Source: Octopus sinensis (Eukaryota). Taken from it: a stretch of DNA of 64,000 nt. Below are positions 26,350 through 38,524 of the stretch, one piece after another. A model generated the notes under the pieces. That model had not been told where the DNA came from. It saw only the letters and a program-made list of their open reading frames with translations, and did not search any database. The position numbers were made by a program, and so were the translations under genes. Position 1 is the first letter of the stretch. Each line of letters starts with the position of its first letter. The stretch is from the NCBI RefSeq assembly GCF_006345805.1, contig NC_043019.1:20025360-20089359 (forward strand), read 5' to 3'.

Positions 26350-26593
26350 TGTGGCACATAAAAAGCACCATTCGATCGTGGCCGTTTGCCAGCCTCGTCT
26401 GGCACCTGTGCAGGTGGCACGTAAAAAGCACCCACTACACTCACGGAGTGGTTGGCGTTAGGAAGGGCATCCAGCTGTAGAAACACTGCCAAATCAGACT
26501 GGGCCTGGTGCAGCCTCTGGCTTCCCAGACCCCAGTTGAACCGTCCAACCCATGCTAGCATGGAAAGTGGACGCTAAGCGATGATGATGATGA
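26350..26593 (+). mobile_element. Family D RTE-tail element flanked by ~225-bp direct repeats
   Basis: Direct repeats at 26122-26349 and 26601-26824; (GAT)n tail. Confidence 0.85.
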
Positions 26594-26868
26594 TATGCAC
26601 TATGTATGTATTTATTAAGCACTTTGGGCTTTGCTATACTCATGACCCCTTGGTCAGTGGTACAAAACAGCTGTTAAAAAGGAACCAACAAGGACCGAAG
26701 TGACATTCATACTTTTCCATAAGGAATTGTTGTCATAAGCAAAACAATTCTCAACCAAAACAACAAAAATTAGGGTTGGCAAATTTTAAGTTCTTTAAAA
26801 AACTGTAAGATTGCATATAGAAACATCTGTTCATGAGAACTAGTAGCAACAGAGACAGATTAACATAC

Positions 26869-26951
26869 CTGGTTGCACCTGTACAGGTGACTTTACCCGA
26901 CGACCAAATACTCGCAGTTGTATTTGGCCTTCTCAGCTTCATATTCAACAT
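26869..26951 (-). CDS. TBPL1: TRF2 coding exon 2 (83 nt)
   Basis: MLNMKLRRPNTTASIWSSGKVTCTGAT(S). Acceptor AAAG| at 26952, donor AG|GTATGT. Trp replaces a TATA-intercalating Phe of TBP, as in TRF2. Confidence 0.95.
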
Positions 26952-28129
26952 CTTTTGGGTTGAGATGAAAATAGAAAAATTTAAAAAAAAAACACATTAA
27001 AAATATAAAAAACACAAATTTTTGTTTTCTTACATAATGACATGAAAACTGGGAAGTCGTAGAATAGAAGCCTTTCTTTATATCTTTCTTGCTCAAGGTC
27101 AACTGAAATTAAGATACTAACTCAAGCAGATACCAACCCTATGACAGGGACTCCATATTTACCACAAGGAAGAGCAAATAAGGTAAGGATATCTCGAGTA
27201 GAGCCTTACTCGACCACATAAGGCTGTGAAGTAAATTACTTGTAACCTGGTTCTCCTTAAAATGTTGTTTTCCCCCCTCCTCCCAGTAAAAAAAATTAAT
27301 CTTTCATTGGTTGTGGCTCAGCTAGGATGCCAACATTAGATTGGTTTATTTCGCCAGCCTCGTCTGGCACCTGTGTCGGTGGCACATAAAAAACACCATC
27401 CTAGCGTGGCCGTTCGCCAGCCTTGTCTGGTACCTGTGTCGGTGGCACATAAAAAGCACCCACTACACTCACGGAGTGGTTGGTGTTAGGAAGGGCATCC
27501 AGCTGTAGAAACACTGCCAGATCTGACTGGCCTGGTGCAGCCTTCGGGCTTCCCAGACCCCAGTTGAACCGTCCAACCCATGCCAGCATGGAAAGCGGAC
27601 GTTAAATGATGATGATGATGATGAAACTAATCCAGATGTGGATGTAAGGTTAGTAAGCTTGCGTTCAAACTAGGTGGTTTGGGGTTGTGTCACTGTACAG
27701 CACCTTGGGTAAATGTCTTCTGCAACAACCCCAGGCTGAACAAAGTCTTGTGAGTGAATTTGGAAGGCAGAAACTGAAAGACATCCAACAAAAATATGTA
27801 CAGACATGACAGAAGTAAATAGACACCCTTGTAATTGTTAAAAATCTATTTAAATCTAAAATTATACATTCAAATTATTTGTTAATTATTATGTGAATAT
27901 CTAATATTTAGTAAGACATTTGGTGCATGAGAGAGTTTGATGCAGCTGCCCTCATCTGCACCTCCTGCTGCAAAGTTGGTTCATCTGGGACACCTGACAG
28001 GAAGAGGTCCAGCTTTATTTTGAAGACACCTACATTCACCCCATGCAGGTCTAGACACCTACATCCACCCATACATTTTTTTATAGTTTAATTTTTCTTA
28101 AAGAAACACTCAATTCCTCTACCTCGTTC

Positions 28130-28865
28130 ACCCATCCTGGTAATGTGCACTTGGAAAGGGGTATCATCACTCATGTTGATACCTAGGTCCCTCACTGACT
28201 TAGGCTCTGCGATTGAAATTCCCTGTGGACCGGTGTACCCTATAAGTTTCATATTCAGTTTTGGATGCTGGTAGCACAGGGCCTGGAATTTTTCAGCATT
28301 AAACTGCATATTATTATCCTCAGCCCATCTGTAAATTGAGTCCAACTCCTGCTGCAGGTGTGCAACATCGCTGGGGTTCTGTATTTTCTGCAAGACTTTC
28401 GTATCATCTTGCATAGCTTGCCAGAGTGGCTATCCAAGCATTTGAGGGCATATCTGAGAGGGCCACTATAAAAAGCAGTGGTCCCAAGACAGTGCCCTGT
28501 GGAACACTGCTCACTATTTGTGTGTTCATAGAGGTGGCTCCATTAGCCACTACTGCCTGACTCCTATCTTTCAGGAAGTCACTCTCCAAGTTTTCCAGCT
28601 ATGCCAAGGTCACGCAGTTTGTGGCATATCATGCCATGATCCACTTTGTCAAAAGCTTTTGCAAAATCAAGGTATATTACGTCCACATTTGATTTGTTGA
28701 GTAACTGCCTCAACACTCAGTCAATATGTTGTAAGAGCTGGGTCAGGCAGCACCTACCTGGTCAAAAACCATGCTGGGTATCACTCAGCAAGTTATTTTC
28801 TTCAAGGAATGCGATTAGTTTCCCTCTGACTATCTGTTCCATGACTTTGCTGATGTGTGAAGTCA
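28130..28865 (-). mobile_element. CR1-clade LINE reverse transcriptase relic
   Basis: SLTSHISKVME...QHGF...YLDFAKAFDKVDH...VPQGTVLGPLLF...YADDTK...RDLG. Confidence 0.9.
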
Positions 28866-28873
28866 GAGAGATA

Positions 28874-28944
<71 letters not shown>

Positions 28945-28956
28945 CTATATTTTTCA

Positions 28957-29210
28957 TACAAAATTTAAAGGACTGACCACTAAAAGTGGACAGTCAACAT
29001 GCTAGATATAGACGTCAAAATCGCTATTTTCCACGAAGAATGTGTCCTCAAATAAAAACTCAGCACTAACCAAAGTGTCCTATTTTTTACGCTTTGGTTT
29101 GTGCTGAGTTTGTATTTGAGAACACATTCTTCGTGGAAAATAGCGATTTTGACGTCTATATCTAGCATGTTGACTGTCCACTTTTAGTGGTCAGTCCTTT
29201 AAATTTTGTA
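28957..29210. repeat. Near-perfect 254-bp palindrome (122-bp arms, 10-nt loop)
   Basis: Arms 28957-29078 and 29089-29210 with 4 mismatches by manual alignment. Confidence 0.92.
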
Positions 29211-29294
29211 GGGTAAAAATATTTTAATCTTCGGATTTTTTAATATGCTAGGCCACTGGTTTTAATTGATTAATATCAATTTCTACCCTTATTC

Positions 29295-29330
<36 letters not shown>

Positions 29331-30384
29331 TTTTGGTGCAAATGGTTTTAATATACAGCACAGTGTTTTACAATCCTGTAAATAATAATGATGGTATTTA
29401 TATAAGCTTAAAGCTTATGGCGATCACCGTGCAATGACTAAGGAAAATAGTTTAGTAAAGGGGCATATAAACTCACGACAGAAAAAAGGTTTTCCTCTGT
29501 GTGTGGGACTCGAACCCACATCCCTTTGCTAACACAACTAAGTGTGTTAACTTTACACCAGCGAATTAGCCTCCACTCACGGAGTAATGATGGAGTCATC
29601 TGGGTGACTATAGTGATGGTGGTGTTTATGTAATTGATGCCATAACTTCACTGGGATCACAAAGACCACTGAGAATTTCCACTAGATTTGAAATAAGAAA
29701 TTCACAGCTCAGATATGGCATTGTTGTTAAGAAGTTTGCATCCTGTTCAGTCCCACTGCATGACACCCTCAAACCATTCAAAGCCTTGTGTGTGGATATG
29801 GTAGGCAGAAACTGAAAGAAGACCATCACATGTGTGTGTATAATTCCTGCGGTCGATTTGTTCAACTAAGAAAATGCCAGCCTCGCCTGACCTCCGTGCC
29901 GGTGGCACGTAAAAAGCACCATCCGATCGTGGTCGTTTGCCAGCCACGTCTGGCACCTGTGCTGGTGGCACGTAAAAAGCACCCACTACACTCATGTCAT
30001 GGAGTGGTTGGCGTTAGGAAGGGCATCCAGCCGTAGAAAAACTGCCAGATCAGACTGGGCCTGGTGCAGCCTTCTGGCTTCCCAGACCCCAGTTGAACCG
30101 TCCAACCCATGCCAGCATGGAAAGCGGACAAGGCAGTGCCCCAGCATGGCTGCAGTCAAATGACTAAAGATATATATCTGTTTGGTGATGCAAACATCAC
30201 CAAATTATATAAAATGGAATGCCAGTCTGCCATAGGGTTACCATTTCTGATTTGTTTTGAAAATGAAAATAGAAAGTAAATCCAAAATATGTACATTTCT
30301 TATATAGATAATCAGTAGAAGTTTACAGACTGACTTGAGGGTTGAGAAATTTGTGCCAAGTGCCAATACATGAAACCCTCAGCC

Positions 30385-32870
30385 CTTGAGTCATTCAGTA
30401 GATTCTGCAAATTATGAAAGGCAGTGCCACAATCTACCTTTCACTCTGAGCAAGAGACCCTTTGTCACTAGTAGGGATAGAAGCTTTCTAAACTTTGCCC
30501 AGGCTATTCTTGTTCTAGTGGTAATAATCTCTGAGCATCCACCCCCACTACTAACTTGGTCACCTAGGTAGCAGAAGCTATCAACTACTTCTAGTTTCTC
30601 CCTCTGGAGTGTGATGGAATCTGTTTTCTGAGTATCTAATGGTGTCTATTGCCCCTGTGCATCTGCCACACATGAAATCTATCTTCTCGGTTAATTTTTC
30701 TTTATGTTGCTGCACCTCTTATGTGTCCATAGCTTACAATGGGTACATCTTATGGAGTTTCTACCTACACCTTTTCTACAGAACGAGCAGGACCACCTAC
30801 TTGAGGAGGTGTGTGATGAGTTCGCCTTCATACTTACCAGAACTTTGGTCTTTGCTACATTGACTCTAAAGCCTTTTGATTCTAACCCTAGCTTCCACAC
30901 CCAAAATTTCTTTTCTAGTTCCAGTAGTGATTCTGCTATGACGGCCAGGTCATCAGCATAGAGCAGCTCCCGGGGGCAACCCGTCTTGAATTCCTCTGTT
31001 ATTGCCTGGAGGACTATGATGAATAAAAGGGGACTGAGGGCTGAACCTTAGTGGACCCCTACTTCTACCCGGAATTCTTCACTATACTCATTGCCAATCC
31101 TAACCTTACTAACGGCCTCTCTGTAAAGGGCCTGTACAGCCCTTATTAACCATTCGTCAATCTCCAGTTTCCGCATCGCCCACCAGATAAGGAATCAGGG
31201 GACCCTGTCAAAGGTTTTCTCCAAGTCCAAGTTTATCTTTAGCCAGGTATTTCTCCTGCAATTGTCGAACCAGGAATATGGCATCAGTGGTGCTTCTACC
31301 CGACACAAAACCAAACTGCATCTCATCTAAGCAGACTCTCTCCGTAATGACCCTCTCCATGACCTTCATCACCTGATCCAGCAGTTTGATACCCCTGTAG
31401 TTATTTCTATCTAGAGCATCACCTTTACCCTTGTAGCAGTTGACTATGGTGCTGCTACCTGGTTTACAATGCGGGTGACTAGGCACACACCACCAGATGT
31501 TTTAAGCATCTCAGCAGTGATTCCTGATGGGCCGGGGGCTTTTCCTGGCTTCATACCCTTAATTGCTTTATCTACTAGGGAGCTGTCTATTCAGATAGCT
31601 GGTCACTCTACTGGGTCAACATTTGGCAGGCTCTTCATTCTCTGCATTCAGCAGTCTTTCATAATGGCTTCTCCAAGCCTCTTTCTTTTCAGAATCATTA
31701 AAAGCAAGTGCACCATCATCCATGTGGACACATTTCTCTCCCATGACATCACAATTTTCTCTCACACACAATCTTGCAATCCAAAATACCTCAGTTCTTT
31801 GGTCCTCACGTTACTGGACATTGGAAAACTTCTTTTCTGCTTCCCCCTTGGCTATGTATGCCTACCACCCAGCGTCCCTTTTGGCTACCTGGTACAGTTC
31901 CCTGCTACCCCCACTTTTCCAGGCCTGTTTCTTTGCTCTAATGGTTTTGTCTACTGTACTATTCCATCACCACGTAACTCTAGGTCTGAAAGGGACTTTG
32001 CACCATCTACAGACTTGGTCTGTGGCACTCAGCAAGCTGTCCTGTAGGAATTTCCAGCTACCTTCTATGTCCGACGTCTGTAGCTCCTCCTCCCTCTCCT
32101 TAAATTTCTTGATGAGGATATCCCTAAATCTCTGACCATATGAAGGGTTCTTTAGCTTCCAAATCCTTCTTTTTTGGCTTGGTCTGCTTCTTGGTATCCT
32201 TGGTATCCTAAAGTCACTAATGACTAGCCTATGCTGGGGGGTACATTCTTCACCTGGGAGGATCTTTGTATTTAAGAGCAGCCCTGCATCCCGCTGTCTG
32301 GTGAGTATGAAATCAATCTGGCTAGCAGAGTCCCCTGATTGATAGGTTATAATGTGGCTGTTAGGCTTCCTGAAGTTAGTGTTGCAGATTAAAAGGTTAC
32401 ATGCATTACAGAACTCCAGTAGCCTGGTTCCCTCTTCGTTTCGGGTGCCAATACCATGGCCACTGTGTACCCTAGTGAAGATACCAGATTCCCGCTCAAC
32501 ATGCCCATTAAAATCTCCAGCCACAAAGATGAGGTCATTGCCACTCGTCTTTGAGGTAGCCTGTAAAAGAGTGTCCTCCTGACCATTTAGTAACCCCGCA
32601 TGTTGGGCATAGATAATTGTAGCTATGATGTTCTGCCTTAGCTTCAGCACTATCGCATACCCTAACATTATGACCTTATCCACCTATTTCTCTGCAAGGA
32701 ATATGCCTACACCCACTACACCATCCATGTTACCTTGCCAGAAGACTTCATACCTATGTGCCTTGCCTGTGAGGACCCTAGTTGAAGCTCCTCTCCTCTT
32801 GTACGCAGCATACATCAACCCGTCGCCTACACACATGATGGCCTACAGCATATCACATCTGTCCCTCTCA
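30385..32870 (-). mobile_element. RTE-clade LINE relic (APE endonuclease + RT + Cys-rich insert)
   Basis: VAGDFNGHV...RNEEGTRLL...SQIDFIL...PQHRLV; YRGIKLLDQVMKV...QFGFVSGRSTTDAIF; C..C.KGVGRNSIRC..C.LWTHKRCS. Stops and frameshifts present. Confidence 0.9.
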
Positions 32871-32877
32871 ATATATA

Positions 32878-33180
32878 GGAGGCACATGGCCTAGTGGTTA
32901 GAGCAGCAGACTCGCAGTCGAGGGATCGCGGGTTCAAATCTCAGACCGGGTGATGTGCGTGTTTATGAGCAAAACACCTAAGCTCCATGCGGCTTTGGCA
33001 GAAGGTAATGGCGAACTCCTGCAGACTTTCTCCACAACTTTCTCTCACACTTTCCTCCTGCATCTTGCAGCTCACCTGCAACGGACCGGCGTCCCGTCCA
33101 GGTGGGGAACCTATACGCCAAGAAACCGGGAAACCGGCCCTTATGAGCCAGGCATAGCTCAAGAAGGAACAAACAAACAT
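32878..33180 (+). mobile_element. tRNA SINE with tail Z (family E1)
   Basis: GGCCTAGTGGTTAGAGC A box, GGTTCAAATCTC B box, tail AACCGGCCCTTATGAGCC. Related copy at 53405-53670 and tail fragment at 46085-46210. Confidence 0.8.
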
Positions 33181-34170
33181 AAGCATACCTACACAACTGC
33201 AACCCACGACTTTATTTTCTCATAGCTTCTAGAAAACTGTATATTTTTTAATGAATTTTTTTTTACAAATATGCTTTAGATGGCGTAGATTCTGATTATA
33301 TGTTGTGTAGAAAAATTTCCCTGAGTGGGGAAAGGGGTTTCAGAATATTCATATGTTCGTTTGGTTTCCTCATACCTTTCAGAAAAATTGGTATTTTGTA
33401 ATGAAATTTTCTACAAATACTTTTCAGAGTGTGTAAATTACAATTATCCCAGAATTTTCAAGATAAACAAGGCAGTGCCCCAGCAAGGGCACAGTCTAAT
33501 GAATAAAACAAGTAAAAGAAGCAAAAGATTAAATTCCAATATGATTGGAATCTACATCATGTGAAACGGATTTGTAGAGAATTTCATTAAAAAAATATCC
33601 ATTTTTCAGAAACAAAGTAAATTCCTGTGAATCTTCTGAAACTTCTCTCCCCACCTGCAGAAAATTTTTTTGAAGGAATTTTAGTTTAAGCACCCAGTAT
33701 TTATCTCATGAAAACACATTTACTGGAATGATGATGCACCCACAAGTTGTCCATTGCTGGGATTTAAGCAGAAAATTCGAAAACTAGTGGAACTTTCAGG
33801 ATTTATAGGAAAGTGGGGGGAGTTTAAAAATGCTTTTAATATTTTTTTTCATGATCTTAACAAATTCGCCAAAATTTTCTAAAAATTCCAAAACAAAAAA
33901 AAAACAGTTATGAAGGATCAAATGGGGGTGCTTAAAACAGAATTCAGCCTTTTTCTTTTCACTACAAATTCCGATATAATCTGAAGCTTATTTCATTACT
34001 ATCCATTTATCTGGAAGCTATTATTAGGAAATAAATTCGATTGCGGGGAAGGGCACGCTTTAGTAGATATGCCTCTCGGCTCGGCATATTCGTTTAATGT
34101 TGATTGCCGGAAAAAGAAGAGTACTCAATACCATAGTAGAGGGTTAATAATTTATTTCGGTCGAGTCAGT

Positions 34171-34219
34171 CTCGCGCTACTCTGAGTTTCACCTGTAATT
34201 GCCCAGGATCTTCAGGCAA

Positions 34220-34222
<3 letters not shown>
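34171..34222 (-). ncRNA. Type I hammerhead ribozyme motif (Penelope/retrozyme type)
   Basis: TACTTGC-CTGAAGA-T-CCTG-GGCAATTA-CAGG-T-GAAA-CTCAGAG-TA-GCGCGAG. Intact CUGANGA/GAAA core, 4-bp stem II, palindromic stem III (ACTC-A-GAGT), GUA cleavage triplet. Stem I is imperfect. Confidence 0.6.
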
Positions 34223-34251
<29 letters not shown>

Positions 34252-34709
34252 CATTATTAAATCTCAGAATGAGATTGAAACAGTAATATGTGTGTGGAGG
34301 CGCAATGGCCTAGTGATTAGGGCAGCGGAATCGCGGTTTCGATTCCCAGACCGGGCGTTGTGAGTGTTTATTGAGCGAAAACACCTAAAAGGTCCACGAG
34401 GCTCCGGCAGGGGGGGAGGGTGACCCCTGCTGTACTCTTTCTCCCAGTCTTTCTTCTGTTGGCCTGCTCGCTTAGCCAGCGGAGTGGCGTCATTCGAAGG
34501 CTAAAACAATGCGAACGCATTGTGACCAGCGATGTGTAACTACATCTGATGGACTGGTCAGTCACGTGATGGTGATATATATATTTGAAAACCCCACTGG
34601 AATGGGAGAAAGCGCTAATAATCTGAATGATATGATATATATATGTAAAAAATGTAATATAAAAATATCTATAAACATGAACCATCCGATCTTCTGATTA
34701 CCTCATTTC

Positions 34710-34754
<45 letters not shown>

Positions 34755-35138
34755 GTAAATAGATAAGGGTCGCGGTGAAACAGGCCCCAACAAGCAGTTT
34801 CCCTCCAGCATGGATCACAAAGTCTATGATTGCATGTGTTGAAACAACACGAAATAGCCGGTTGGTGGAAAATGGGTTGTGAATATATATTTTTTTTTAA
34901 TAAAAATGTTGCAGTAGTATAATTATTTTTGCGGTAATGTTTTTAAAAAAATGTGGCTAGCACATGGCTCAAAAGAAAAAGAAACAGAGAAAGAGAAGGA
35001 ACTAGAAGACTGCGGAATAAAAAAGTGTGGTGAGCAGACAATGAGCAGGGGAGGAAAACGGAGAAGATAAACAAACAAACAGAGGGTGCAAGAAGGAAGA
35101 TGTGAAGATGATAAAAAAATTATTTTTATACAACTTAC

Positions 35139-35534
35139 GCCATTCTCTCTCCTATACTCCACGTGCAATCCCTCCATGGCAATCTTCTTGAGGTTTAAGT
35201 GACATCGGGTATTGAAACTGCAGACCACGTTGTTGATGATAATGTCTACGATGGGTTGGTCGTCCTCAGACACAGCAGTGGAATCAGGTTCGGTACCCAT
35301 GCCCGGTTGCTGATGTCCCGAGGACGTGATGTCTGTACATTTGTTGTGAGATTGCTGTTGTTCTTCCTCGCGGTTGGTGATCATTGTTGTTGTTGTAGAA
35401 TTGCTGCTGCTGCTATTGTTGTTGTTTAGTACCTCTTGCCCGGTCGGACCCAGGGAAGAAGATGTGAGAGAGACGGAAGAAGTGAGAGACGATACCGTGT
35501 TGCCGGCGAACTGGCTGCCGAGGGGAGAAGCCAT
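35139..35534 (-). CDS. TBPL1: TBP-related factor 2 (TRF2/TLF), coding exon 1 of 5 (132 aa: S/T/N/Q-rich N-terminal extension plus start of the TBP core)
   Basis: Ends DIIINNVVCSFNTRCHLNLKKIAMEGLHVEYRRENG, matching the start of the TBPL1 core (DILITNVVCVFRTRCHLNLRKIALEG). Donor GGC|GTAAGT at 35138, phase 0. Confidence 0.93.
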
Positions 35535-37059
35535 TTGTATCTCGTTTCAAACAGCGGATACGAACTAGGGACGGGGGCAAAACTCACCTCCACCACTAAC
35601 ACTGCGAACAAATAAACGCATGCATATAATTATTATACACGCGGGTATATATAATAATAAACATGCATCTATTTATGCATATGCACCAATACTATTTATA
35701 AGTCTAATATATATATATATATATATGTATATATATGTGTGTGTGTGTGTGTGTCCGTTTTGTTTTAACAAACTATTTCCGGAAGGGAGTGTTAATTATT
35801 TTTGTGTTTTTGTTCCTCGACTCTTCTTTTTTCCGTTGTTAAATTAAAACAAGGATTGAAAATGCCTAAAGATACACATTAAATAAAACAGGAATTGAAA
35901 TACCTAAATATCTACATTAATACAAATACACTGCGAAGCCATATAAATACGGGGGGGGGGGAAATTAGCACAAGACATTACTTATAGAAATATATATATA
36001 TATATGTGTGTGTGTGAATTGAAGAGGGTACACAGTAGAGTGTAGCAAGGTTTTTAAAGAGCTGATTGACAGAGGGAAGGAAGATTCGTGTGGAAGAAAA
36101 AGCAGGAGAGGAGACTAGATTCAGGTATAAAAAGAAAAAATAATAATAATAAAGGCTACAATAAGAATTTAAAGGGGGTATGGCATAATAAAAATATGAT
36201 GTAAGATGGACTTAGGAAAAAAAGAAAAAAATAAAGGAGGAAACAGGAAGGGAAATAAGAATCCGAATGTGGACGGAGATATTCTGTGAAAGCGGTAAAA
36301 ATTAGTTGTAATAGTATTTTTGTGTGTGGTTAGTGATGTCTCTTGCTAGTAGTTTTCTTCACCTCATTATTCCAATTCTTTATTTCTTCCCTGTTCATTC
36401 TTTGAGAGAATGAGAGAAAAATAGAATAAATGGAGAGTAATAAAGGTTTAAATAATAGTAATAATGAAAAAAAATCAAAGGGTAGAGTCGAATTTGTGAA
36501 TGTAAAAGTGGTATATGTGTTGGTGTGTGTGAGGTGTTAGTAGTGAAAATTTTTTCCCCTCTCCAATGTTATAATAAACTTTAAATGTTTTCACCTATCA
36601 TATATATATATATATATATAATTATTCATTTTATGGATATATGTATGTCGTATTTATATCGCTGTACCCACGAAGTGTTGGTGTGTTTCTTATATAAGTA
36701 GTGTGTGATGTGGATAGACAAAATTAAAAGGGTAAAGTTTGAATGATGTGGGTCTTTTTGTCCCTTTCTCTTTATATATTAATAATGTGCTGTCGCCTTC
36801 TTTTTTGTATTCCCCATGTATTAAAATATATTTTGTTCTGACCAAACTTCCCACAAATGGAAATATTTAAACACAAAACGACAGAGATATATTACTATAT
36901 TATCATTACATTAGATTAGATCAGAAAATAATAATAATAATAATAAATACAATAATGTAAAGTTTTATAATTATTACAAAGGTTTTTTTTTTTAGGGGGG
37001 AATGCTCAAAGTGAGAGAAGAAAGGTTTTGTTAAAAGCAACACTCATGTATTTGGCACC

Positions 37060-37400
37060 GATGAGAAGCGAAGAACTTTCGGTCGGGTTTGGCAAATTTA
37101 GAGAAACGACATCACTGGTTCCAAAGGAAACGGTCAGCGTTACCGAGAACATGGTTTCTCAATAGGCGTGACAAGGTCGCCTCTAACAGAGAAGCACAAA
37201 CACAGGAGCAGCCTCCATTTTTGTTTCCTCAACTCCCGTCTTCCGAATCGACCAATCAGAAACGAAGACAACTCTGTTTCAAGGGCAGAGCACTCTTGAC
37301 AGACCATCAGTACTCTTACCAAAACCACGTGATGCCCTTTATGTCGAGAACCCCCCCCCCCCTTTTTTTTTCTGTTTAGTTTAATTTTTATTAGTCATTT
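37060..37400 (-). promoter_or_regulatory. Putative TRF2 promoter region
   Basis: CpG-richer unique island 1.5-1.9 kb upstream of the ATG, with CCAAT (ACCAATCAG ~37251) and E-box (CACGTG ~37327). TSS not determined. Confidence 0.3.
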
Positions 37401-38349
37401 AAGTGTAAAAAGCGCCAGACCCATTCGTTGCTATGTTGCACCCACGATCGCGAGATTGTGGATTTGATTCACAGACCGGGGGCAGTCCATTAGATGATTT
37501 TTTTTTTGTAGCATCTCTCGTTGTTCTGTGATCGCTTTGACATTTGATGTTTGACATACACCGTGCACCTGTACAGGCAGTGTCGATGTCATGGAGAGGT
37601 GGAGCTTACGTGTAGCACACATTTTTGATCGCTATAAATAAATCATCTTGTACCGGTTGTTCAGCAAGAAATTGCAAAACTGTCTTTCTCGGACTCGAGA
37701 GATTGCCCTAAAAATATTCCTAAGGGATGAAGGGAACAGGAAGTTGCGACGACATTCTATCACGAAATTTCTGAGATTCGATCTTCAGTAAATCTCTCTC
37801 TCTCTCTCCCTATATATATATATATATATATATGTATATGTATTTACTTGTTTCAGTCATTTGACTGCGACAATGCTAGGGTGCGGCCTCCACGGTTTTA
37901 GTCGAATAAATCGACCCCCATTACTTATTTATTCTAAGCGCTTATTCTATTGTCTCTTTTGCCGATCCTCTAGTTACAGGGAACTAAATATACTAATATG
38001 CAGTAGTCAAGCGGTGATGGGGGGCAAATACGGACACAAAGGCACACACATACAGTTTTCGTCTATCAAATCCACTCACAAGGCTTTGGGCGGACCGAGG
38101 CTATTGTAGAAAAAGGACTCGTCCAAGGTGCCACACAGTGGGACTCAGCCCAAAACCATGTAGTTGGGAAGCAAGCTTCTTACCACTCAGCCATGCCTGC
38201 TCCTATATACACACACACACACACACACACACATATATGTATGTATGTATATGTGTGTGTGTATACACACACACACACACATATATATATATAAAATGAT
38301 AATTGATTAAGTAACCAGAAGATGGATTTGGTATTAATTTTTATTTTGT

Positions 38350-38524
38350 AAGGCGGCGAGCTGGCAGAAACGTTAGCACGCCGGGCGAAATGCTTAGTGG
38401 TATTTCGTCTGCCGCTACGTTCTGAGTTCAAATTCCGCCGAGGTCGACTTTGCCTTCCATCCTTTTGGGGTCAATTAAATAAGTACCAGTTACGCACTGG
38501 GGTCGATATAATCGACTAATCCGT
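38350..38524 (+). mobile_element. Family A SINE (3'-truncated)
   Basis: Matches the other family A copies. Confidence 0.8.

Noticed and set aside
37750-37792. CTGAAGA...GAAA on the minus strand as a hammerhead
   Set aside because: Stem II is weak, and no stem III with a valid NUH triplet can be drawn.
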